A stretch of DNA of 64,000 nucleotides, taken from contig JAKLDJ010000004.1 of assembly GCA_022703585.1 (NCBI GenBank), positions 2,814-66,813 on the forward strand, given 5' to 3'. Every line of letters starts with the position of its first letter. Positions within the stretch are counted from its first letter, which is position 1. A model generated the notes under the pieces. It worked only from the letters and a program-made list of their open reading frames with translations, was not told the DNA's origin and did no database searches. Source of the stretch: Candidatus Omnitrophota bacterium. GTDB lineage: Bacteria > Omnitrophota > Gorgyraeia > Zapsychrales > JAKLDJ01. Positions 41,568 through 48,817 of the stretch are shown piece by piece. A program made the position numbers and the translations under genes.

Positions 41568-42382
41568 AAAAGGTAAAATTCACAAAGATGGCCGGAGCAG
41601 GAAACGCCTTTGTGGTGGTTGAAGACCCCAAGGTTAACTTGCGCAAGCTGGTTATTAATATTTGCTCCAGCAAGACCGGCGTGGGCACGGACGGGCTTTT
41701 GCTTTTGGATAAATCTAAAAAGGCTGATTACCGTATGCGTATTTTAAATGCCGACGGTTCCGAAGCCGAGATGTGCGGCAACGGCGCCCGGTGCATTGCG
41801 GCTTACATTGTTAACCAAAAAGGACTCAAGAAAAAAAAATTTGCGATTGAAACGCTTGCAGGAATCGTTTTAGCGCAGGCGAAAGGGGAAGTTGCCAACA
41901 TCCGTTTAAGCGGCCCCCAGGATTATCGCTCTGACATTCCGGTTAAATTAGAAGGACGCAAGATCAAGGCCAACTACATCAATACCGGTGTGCCGCATGC
42001 GATTATTTTTGTGGATGATATCGATAAAATCGACGTCGATACGATCGGGCGCTCTATCCGCTGGCATCCTGAATTCTCGCCGCGCGGCACCAATGTGGAT
42101 TTTGTCGAACAGGCAGGAAAAAATTCTATCAAAGTCCGCACCTTTGAGCGCGGGGTCGAAGGGGAGACCTTAGCTTGTGGCACAGGAAGTGTCGCCAGTG
42201 CCATCATCACATTCTTAAAATCAAATCCTGACGTCAAGAATATAAAGCGCGTCGTTATCAAGGTCTTGACTTTAAGCGGCGAAACTTTGCATGTTTCATT
42301 CGGGCTTAAAAACGGTATCGTTTCGGATGTCTGGTTAAAGGGGAGTGCCAAATTTATCGCGAAAGGGGAATTTTATGTTTAA
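41564..42382 (+). CDS. dapF: Diaminopimelate epimerase
   Basis: 272 aa; two catalytic Cys (MCGNGARC, ACGTGS). Confidence 0.9.
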   Translation: MKKVKFTKMAGAGNAFVVVEDPKVNLRKLVINICSSKTGVGTDGLLLLDKSKKADYRMRILNADGSEAEMCGNGARCIAAYIVNQKGLKKKKFAIETLAGIVLAQAKGEVANIRLSGPQDYRSDIPVKLEGRKIKANYINTGVPHAIIFVDDIDKIDVDTIGRSIRWHPEFSPRGTNVDFVEQAGKNSIKVRTFERGVEGETLACGTGSVASAIITFLKSNPDVKNIKRVVIKVLTLSGETLHVSFGLKNGIVSDVWLKGSAKFIAKGEFYV

Positions 42383-43256
42383 AGGATCGATTGTCGCCAT
42401 CGTGACACCTTTTAAAGAAGGACGCGTGGACGAAAAGAAATTAAAACAGTTAGTTGAATTCCATATAAAAAACGGAACCTCCGGCATTGTCCCCTGCGGC
42501 ACGACCGGTGAATCTCCGACGCTTTCTACAGCCGAGCATGAGCGCGTTATCGAGATATGTATCGACGCAGCCAATAAAAGAATTCCCATTATCGCCGGCA
42601 CAGGGTCAAATTCGACGGCAGAAGCCGTAGCTTTAACCGAACATGCGGAAAAGGCCGGGGCGGATGCCGCGTTAATCGTTGGGCCCTATTACAACAAACC
42701 CAGCCAGCGGGGGATGTATTTACATTTTAAAACGATCGCCGATAGTGTCGATATCCCGATCGTTCTTTATAATATTGCCGGCCGCACCGGAAAGAATATT
42801 GAACCCGAAACAATCGCCAAGCTTGCCCATGACTGCAAGAATATTGTCGGTGTCAAAGAGGCATCCGGGTCACTCGAGCAAATGCAGCTTATAAAACTAC
42901 TTTGTCCAAAAGAATTCTTGCTCATTTCCGGCGACGATGCCCTTACTTTGCCTATTTTAAGCGTAGGGGGCGTGGGTGTGATTTCGGTTTTAGCGAATAT
43001 CTTGCCGCGCGAAACCGCCGAGGTAGTCGCGCTTTTTGAGAAAGGCGACCTTGAAAAAGCGCGAAAACTTCATTATAAGCTGCTTCCTTTGATCAAGGCC
43101 ATTTTCCTGGACACAAATCCTATTCCGATAAAAACCGCGATGGGGATGCTGGGTATGTGTGCGCCGGATTTACGGCTGCCTTTATGCCCCATGTCCGATG
43201 AGAATGTTTCAAGATTAAAAGCTGCTTTGAAAGATTACGGATTGCTGAAGAAATAG
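42375..43256 (+). CDS. dapA: 4-hydroxy-tetrahydrodipicolinate synthase
   Basis: Start MFKGSIVAIVTPF at 42375; GTTGE motif; Schiff-base Lys region; about 293 aa. Confidence 0.9.
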   Translation: MFKGSIVAIVTPFKEGRVDEKKLKQLVEFHIKNGTSGIVPCGTTGESPTLSTAEHERVIEICIDAANKRIPIIAGTGSNSTAEAVALTEHAEKAGADAALIVGPYYNKPSQRGMYLHFKTIADSVDIPIVLYNIAGRTGKNIEPETIAKLAHDCKNIVGVKEASGSLEQMQLIKLLCPKEFLLISGDDALTLPILSVGGVGVISVLANILPRETAEVVALFEKGDLEKARKLHYKLLPLIKAIFLDTNPIPIKTAMGMLGMCAPDLRLPLCPMSDENVSRLKAALKDYGLLKK

Positions 43257-43261
43257 CTGTT

Positions 43262-43303
43262 GGCGCGTTAGAAAGTTAGGCTAGCCTAACTTTCTAACGC
43301 GCC
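43262..43303. repeat. Perfect 42-bp palindrome (21-bp arms, no spacer) between dapA and dapB
   Basis: GGCGCGTTAGAAAGTTAGGCTAGCCTAACTTTCTAACGCGCC equals its own reverse complement; starts 5 nt after the dapA stop, 33 nt before the dapB start; no T-tract follows. Confidence 0.9.
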
Positions 43304-43335
43304 CATCACGCCAGAAAGGTGAAGTGCATTTACCA

Positions 43336-44052
43336 ATGATTAAACTAGCCATTAGCGGTTGCCAGGGAAGGATGGGCGCACGTATTATGCATCTGGCCCA
43401 GGAAGACCAGGATTTTGAAATTTCCGCGCTTTTAGAGCACCGGGGACACCCGGGTGTCGGCGGCCAAGCTGACAATATCGAAATTAAATCCGAACCCGAG
43501 GCAATCAAGGGCTCCAATGTACTGATTGAATTTACGACCCCCGAGGCAACTTTAGAGCATTTGGCAGCTTGTGTTAAATATCGGACTAAAATGGTCATTG
43601 GCACCACCGGGATTTTGCCGGAACAGGTTCGGGTAATTGAAGCAGCATCCAAAAAAATCCCGATAGTCTTTTCTTCTAATATGTCAGTCGGCGTCAACAT
43701 CCTTTTTAAGCTTCTTCGCGACGCCGCCAAAGCTACCGCCAATTACGACGTCCGAATTGTCGAGGCTCATCACGTCCATAAAAAAGATGCCCCTTCAGGA
43801 ACAGCAAAGACACTGGCAAAAATAGTCGAAGAAACCAGTAGTAATAAGGTTTCCGATATTAAGGCTATCCGCGAGGGCGAAATCATAGGCGACCATGATG
43901 TTATTTTTGAAAGCGAAGTTGACATACTGACCTTGCGCCATCACGCTAAAACGCGCGATATCTTTGCCAAAGGCGCTTTGATCGCTGCCAAGTTCGTGGC
44001 GACTCAAAAAAAGGGTCTCTTTAATATGCAAGACGTCCTGGGTTTAAAATAG
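43336..44052 (+). CDS. dapB: 4-hydroxy-tetrahydrodipicolinate reductase
   Basis: MIKLAISGCQGRMGARI start at 43336; E-HH-K-DAPSGTA motif region (EAHHVHKKDAPSGTA). Confidence 0.88.
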   Translation: MIKLAISGCQGRMGARIMHLAQEDQDFEISALLEHRGHPGVGGQADNIEIKSEPEAIKGSNVLIEFTTPEATLEHLAACVKYRTKMVIGTTGILPEQVRVIEAASKKIPIVFSSNMSVGVNILFKLLRDAAKATANYDVRIVEAHHVHKKDAPSGTAKTLAKIVEETSSNKVSDIKAIREGEIIGDHDVIFESEVDILTLRHHAKTRDIFAKGALIAAKFVATQKKGLFNMQDVLGLK

Positions 44053-44080
44053 CAAAGACTAGACAGCCACTTCTTAGAAT

Positions 44081-44410
44081 ATGATTCGTATTATTAAATC
44101 CGCAGCCGACAAAAGCATACTCGACGACATTGCCCAAGACTTCGATGGTTACATCAAAGTTGTCGTTGATACCCAACGACAAGTCTTAGTCGCCGGAGGG
44201 ACAAAACATGTTGACGGCGAAGCATTGCTTCTCAAAGACGGCAGCCGTCAGGATCATCTCTGGGGCGGCGGCCTTGATTTGGAAACAGGCGAAGTGGACT
44301 TCGATTCAATGATCAATATCCGACCTAATCAAAATAATCCCAGCCGCGAAATCTTAGATAAGGATATCCGAAAAGAAGTTGAAGCCGTCATTCGAAAACT
44401 TTTAAGATAA
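44081..44410 (+). CDS. Hypothetical protein (109 aa)
   Basis: ORF with good coding character, in frame continuity with neighbours; no motif recognised with confidence. Confidence 0.45.
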   Translation: MIRIIKSAADKSILDDIAQDFDGYIKVVVDTQRQVLVAGGTKHVDGEALLLKDGSRQDHLWGGGLDLETGEVDFDSMINIRPNQNNPSREILDKDIRKEVEAVIRKLLR

Positions 44411-44414
44411 ACTT

Positions 44415-44699
44415 ATGAACGCAGAAGAAATTACATTAAATATTGCTGTCAATTTGGGCCGTCTGGGCCGATGGGCGGCGGAAGGAAAGCGAAACCGCAT
44501 ACAGCAATTCCTAGATGAAACTGAAACATATATCGTGCAATTAGAAGATGCACCCAAGAGCACACAATTTTTAAAAACGTTCGAATCATTCAAAAAAGAA
44601 TTTTCCGTTTTAAAAACAAATGCCTCCCCGGACATGGTTTGGGCGGATATGATGTTAACTTGGGCAAACATCTTGACTCATCGAGCCAAACTCGCGTAG
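44415..44699 (+). CDS. Hypothetical protein (94 aa)
   Basis: ORF 4 nt after the previous one; no recognisable motif. Confidence 0.4.
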   Translation: MNAEEITLNIAVNLGRLGRWAAEGKRNRIQQFLDETETYIVQLEDAPKSTQFLKTFESFKKEFSVLKTNASPDMVWADMMLTWANILTHRAKLA

Positions 44700-44709
44700 G
44701 AAAACCCGG

Positions 44710-44973
44710 ATGACAATGAATTGGGATAAAACCACTCAAGAGAAATTTAGAGTACTCCTCGATAAAATTCCCGTATTCTTACGCGCCATCGCCGAGGAAA
44801 AAGTGTCCAAGCGCGCCGAGACAATCGCCCAAAAGGAAAATCACCCGGAAATCACCGAAAAAGACTTGGTTGACGCTTTTTTCGCCGAGACACCTTTTGG
44901 CTTTCATGGGCCTATGAAGAGCGATATGGAAGAACTCGGTATTAATTACGTACAATACGGCTACGAGAAATAA
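44710..44973 (+). CDS. Small protein resembling stand-alone PCP-reductase-family domain proteins (tentative)
   Basis: 87 aa; W..T..E...VL.KIPVFLRAIAEEKV..AE..A pattern resembles the small PCP_red-domain proteins; from memory only. Confidence 0.35.
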   Translation: MTMNWDKTTQEKFRVLLDKIPVFLRAIAEEKVSKRAETIAQKENHPEITEKDLVDAFFAETPFGFHGPMKSDMEELGINYVQYGYEK

Positions 44974-45004
44974 CACCATCGGATAAATAAGGAGAACACT
45001 AGCG

Positions 45005-46171
45005 ATGCCAATCAACATTGACTACTCGGAAAGACTCAAACAACTTCCGCCGTATCTTTTTGTCGAAATCGACAAGGCCAAAAGGGAGGCCAAGGCCGCC
45101 GGACGAGACATCATCGATCTCGGTGTAGGCGATCCGGATTTACCCACGCCAAAATTTATCGTGGAAGCTCTCAATAAAGCAGCTCAAGATGGCGCCAATC
45201 ACCATTACGCCTTTGATAGCGGCTTAAAAGAGCTGCGCGTTGCAATTGCCGAATGGTATCAAGGGCGGTTTGGTGTTCGTCTGGATCCGGACACAGAAAT
45301 TTACCCTTTGATCGGATCCAAAGAAGGGATTGCCCATTTACCGCTTGCCGTGGTTAATCCTAAAGATAAAGTCTTAGTGCCTGACCCTTGCTATCCAGTC
45401 TATCGTTCCGCCACAATTTTTGCCGGCGGAAAAGTAGTTTCGCTTCCGCTCAAGGCTAAAAACGAATTCCTGCCGGACTTAGAAAAAGTCGAGAAAACCG
45501 AGGGCGCCAAATTGATGTATTTAAATTACCCCAACAACCCGACCTCCGCCGTCGCGCCAAAAGAATTTTTGGCTAAACTGGTTTCAATCGCACAGGCAAA
45601 AGGCATCGTCCTGGCTTCAGACCTGGCGTATTCGGAGATTTATTACGACGAACAAAAGCCATCAAGCATTTTGGAAATCGAAGGGGCGAAAGACGTGGCT
45701 ATTGAATTTCATTCTCTTTCAAAAACCTTTTCCATGACCGGTTGGCGATTAGGCTGGGCCTGTGGTAACGCAAAATTGATTTCCGCACTCGCTAAGGTTA
45801 AAGCCAACGTCGATTCCGGAATCTTCCAGGCCATTCAAATCGCCGGCATTGCCGCGCTCAAAGGCGACCCCAGGGAAATTTCCGATATGCGCGCGGTTTA
45901 CCAGGAGCGCCGCGACTGCCTGATTAACGGGTTGCGATCGATCGGCTGGAAGATCCCGCCGCCAAAGGCTGCGTTTTATGTCTGGGCAAAGATTCCTAAG
46001 AACTTTAATAATTCCATGGAAGCGGCGCAAACATTTTTAGAAAAAGCGAATATCGTGATGACCCCCGGCGTCGGTTTCGGTGAAAACGGAGAGGGCTACA
46101 TTCGCATGACCTTAACCGTTCCCAAGGAACGCTTAACCCAGGCAGTGGAACGTATTCAAAAGATTTTGTAA
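45005..46171 (+). CDS. dapL: LL-diaminopimelate aminotransferase (DapL-type class-I aminotransferase)
   Basis: 388 aa; PPYLFVEI, IDLGVGDPDLPTP, AIEFHSLSKTFSMTGWRLG (PLP-Lys) and PGVGFGENGEGYIRM all match the DapL family; located in the dap cluster. Confidence 0.7.
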   Translation: MPINIDYSERLKQLPPYLFVEIDKAKREAKAAGRDIIDLGVGDPDLPTPKFIVEALNKAAQDGANHHYAFDSGLKELRVAIAEWYQGRFGVRLDPDTEIYPLIGSKEGIAHLPLAVVNPKDKVLVPDPCYPVYRSATIFAGGKVVSLPLKAKNEFLPDLEKVEKTEGAKLMYLNYPNNPTSAVAPKEFLAKLVSIAQAKGIVLASDLAYSEIYYDEQKPSSILEIEGAKDVAIEFHSLSKTFSMTGWRLGWACGNAKLISALAKVKANVDSGIFQAIQIAGIAALKGDPREISDMRAVYQERRDCLINGLRSIGWKIPPPKAAFYVWAKIPKNFNNSMEAAQTFLEKANIVMTPGVGFGENGEGYIRMTLTVPKERLTQAVERIQKIL

Positions 46172-46197
46172 TCGAGATTTACCAACGAGGCCATCCT

Positions 46198-46629
46198 GTG
46201 GTAACAGTTTATTTGGGGCTAGGCTCAAATCTTTCCGACCGCGAAACGAGCTTACAAGAAGCTATCGCGAGACTTAATCAAAACTCCGTCACGGTCAAGA
46301 AAGTTTCCACTATTATCGAAACTGACCCCATCGGAGGCCCGGCTCAAGGGAAATTCTTAAACGCCGTCCTTGAAGCCGAAACCGATTTGCCCCCTCTGGA
46401 TCTGCTTAATCTTACCCAAAAAATCGAGAAACAACTCGGACGAAAACGTACCATCCCCAACGGCCCGCGGACAATCGACATCGATATCCTTTTATACGGC
46501 AACCGGACTATTCACACGCCAGAGCTGATCGTACCGCACCCGCGGATGTTCGAACGCGATTTTGTTTTGAAACCTTTATACGAAATTGCACCTCACTTGA
46601 CCCTTGAGCCAAATCATGCGCATCATTAA
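46198..46629 (+). CDS. folK: HPPK, second copy (full length)
   Basis: 143 aa; GLGSNL, GPRTIDIDILLYG, HPRM motifs. Confidence 0.85.
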   Translation: MVTVYLGLGSNLSDRETSLQEAIARLNQNSVTVKKVSTIIETDPIGGPAQGKFLNAVLEAETDLPPLDLLNLTQKIEKQLGRKRTIPNGPRTIDIDILLYGNRTIHTPELIVPHPRMFERDFVLKPLYEIAPHLTLEPNHAHH

Positions 46630-47464
46630 ATCCGTTAGTGTCATGCAAAAATATATCTTGGGCTTAAAATCCAAGAATAAACGCATCGGCTTTGTCCCGA
46701 CGATGGGTTATCTCCATAAGGGGCATGGCGCACTTTTGCGCCGTTGCCGCAAGGAAAACAATATTTCGGTCTTAAGTATTTTTGTTAATCCTAAACAATT
46801 CGGCCCAAACGAAGATTTCCACCGCTATCCCCGGGATTTAAAAAAAGATGAATTATTTGCACAAAGAGAAAAAGTTGATATAATATTTTATCCGTCGGCC
46901 GACGATATGTATCCTAAAGATTATTTGACATACGTCGAGGTCGGCAAGATAGCGCAGGGGCTATGCGGAAAATTTCGCCCCGGGCACTTTCGAGGCGTGG
47001 CAACGGTCGTCGGAAAATTGATCAACGTTATCCAGCCTGATATTTTATACCTGGGGCAAAAAGATGCGCAACAGGCAGCGATACTTAAAAGAATGATCGT
47101 AGACTTAAATTTTCCCGTGAGGGTTAAGATTGTACCTACAGTACGCGAACAAGACGGATTAGCAATGAGCTCCAGAAACAGCTACTTAAACGACAAGCAA
47201 AGACAGCAGGCACCCATCCTCTACCGGACTCTCCGTCATGCAGAAGGCCTGATTCAGCAGGGGCAAAGAAATCCGCGAAAGATCATTGGGCAAATGCGCG
47301 CTATGATTTTAAAAGCTGCGCCGTTTAAAATTGATTATATTGAATGTGTCGATGCCGCTTCACTTGATCCCCTAAAGGTTTTAAGAGGGGACATTTTGAT
47401 CGCCCTGGCCGCATGGCTGGGGAAAACTCGATTAATTGACAATATTGTCTTAACGGTAAAATAG
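46616..47464 (+). CDS. panC: Pantoate--beta-alanine ligase
   Basis: GFVPTMGYLHKGH HIGH-type motif; start probably the ATG at 46616 (overlaps the folK2 end); the alternative is 46604. Confidence 0.88.
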   Translation: MRIIKSVSVMQKYILGLKSKNKRIGFVPTMGYLHKGHGALLRRCRKENNISVLSIFVNPKQFGPNEDFHRYPRDLKKDELFAQREKVDIIFYPSADDMYPKDYLTYVEVGKIAQGLCGKFRPGHFRGVATVVGKLINVIQPDILYLGQKDAQQAAILKRMIVDLNFPVRVKIVPTVREQDGLAMSSRNSYLNDKQRQQAPILYRTLRHAEGLIQQGQRNPRKIIGQMRAMILKAAPFKIDYIECVDAASLDPLKVLRGDILIALAAWLGKTRLIDNIVLTVK

Positions 47465-48286
47465 ATGCAGAAAAGAAAAACACGAATCGGGATTGTCGGT
47501 TGTGGCGCTATCGGCTCCAGGATCGCAAAGAGCGTCGTTAACGAGCTTAAAAGTCAATGCGCTTTAACCGGGCTGTACGACATCAATCCTGCAAAATCGC
47601 GCAATCTAGCCAGGCGATTAAGGCGCAGAAATACTAACAAGAAATCTCTCGCTGAACTTATCCGCAGCTGCGATTTCCTAGTCGAAGCCATCAATTCAGA
47701 CGAAACCGCTGCTATTATCCGTAAGGCCATCAAAGCCAGGAAAAGTGTTCTGGCCATGAGTATCGGAAAGCTCCTCAACGCTCAAGACCTGTTCCGGTTA
47801 GCCGAAAAGAATAAATCATCCATCCTGCTTCCCTCCGGAGCCATTGCCGGAATAGATGCCATTAAAGCGGCAAGCCTTGTTTCCATCGACCACATTACGC
47901 TTACAACCCGAAAACCGCCTTCAGGATTTATCAAATCAGCGTACATCCGCCAAAAAGGAATTAACCTAAACGCCATTAAAGGAGAAAAAGTTATTTTTGA
48001 CGGGACTGTCGGCCAGGCGGTTAAGGCATTCCCGGAAAATATTAACGTCGCGGCCACATTGGCTTTAGCTAGTGGGGTTACGAGCAAAATACGTGTTCGC
48101 ATCATGATCGATCCCGCCTTAAAACAAAATTCGCATGAAGTGGAAGCCATCGGAGAATTCGGCCGGATGACGAGCCGGACTGAGAACGTTATATGCCCGG
48201 ATAGCCCGAAGACAAGCTACCTGGCGGCACTTTCGGCCATCCGGACGCTCAAACAATATTTTCAGGCAGTAAAAGTGGGGACGTAA
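47465..48286 (+). CDS. nadX: L-aspartate dehydrogenase-like protein (NadX / DUF108 family)
   Basis: 273 aa; IGIVGCGAIG Rossmann motif, PSGAIAGIDA, ENINVAATLALA, SPKTS motifs as in TM1643-type NadX. Confidence 0.6.
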   Translation: MQKRKTRIGIVGCGAIGSRIAKSVVNELKSQCALTGLYDINPAKSRNLARRLRRRNTNKKSLAELIRSCDFLVEAINSDETAAIIRKAIKARKSVLAMSIGKLLNAQDLFRLAEKNKSSILLPSGAIAGIDAIKAASLVSIDHITLTTRKPPSGFIKSAYIRQKGINLNAIKGEKVIFDGTVGQAVKAFPENINVAATLALASGVTSKIRVRIMIDPALKQNSHEVEAIGEFGRMTSRTENVICPDSPKTSYLAALSAIRTLKQYFQAVKVGT

Positions 48287-48338
48287 CTACGTTTTAAAAA
48301 CAATAACACATCAATTCCACGGAGGGAGGTGAAACAAC

Positions 48339-48578
48339 ATGGCAAAAAAAGTCGCAAAAGTCGGAGTCAAGAAGGAAAAAGGCTACCTGTACTTCGTCGA
48401 TAAGCGCGGAGACGTATCCTGCGCGAAGATGGCCCGCGGCGCCAAAAAAGGCGGCGCGCCCAAAAAAGTCGCGAAGGTCGGCATCAAGAAAGAGGCCGGG
48501 TGTCTTTATTTCATCGATAAGCAAGGCGATATCTCTTGCGCCAAGATGGTTCGAGGCGGCAAGAAGGGCAGAAGATAA
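48339..48578 (+). CDS. Small basic protein made of two tandem ~37-aa repeats
   Basis: 79 aa; KKVAKVGVKKEKGYLYFVDKRGDVSCAKMARGAKKGG / KKVAKVGIKKEAGCLYFIDKQGDISCAKMVRGGKKGR; the DNA repeats differ mostly at synonymous positions; RBS ggaggga upstream; strong terminator downstream. Confidence 0.55.
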   Translation: MAKKVAKVGVKKEKGYLYFVDKRGDVSCAKMARGAKKGGAPKKVAKVGIKKEAGCLYFIDKQGDISCAKMVRGGKKGRR

Positions 48579-48615
48579 TTCAAATGCCTTAACCCGAAAT
48601 AGTCCTTGGTTCAAA

Positions 48616-48639
48616 AGGGGCGGCCCTTCGGGCCGCCCC
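48616..48639 (+). terminator. GC-rich stem-loop (GGGGCGGCCC-TTCG-GGGCCGCCCC) downstream of the repeat-protein gene
   Basis: Perfect 10-bp GC stem with a TTCG tetraloop; flanked by the outer inverted repeat CCCGAAATAG (48593-48602) / CTATTTCGGG (48653-48662). Confidence 0.6.
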
Positions 48640-48817
48640 TTAACCGCCGAGGGCTATTTCGGGAAATCGTCCCTGCAGAATCAGGGCATTGATTCAAATA
48701 ATTCGCAAACGCGTTATTTTCCGCCTATCGCGAATGCGGGAGTTTTACTCACCCCGGCTTTAAAATATTTCAGCACTTAATCAATCCGTTATTGTAAAAT
48801 CCCCGATAAAAATATCT

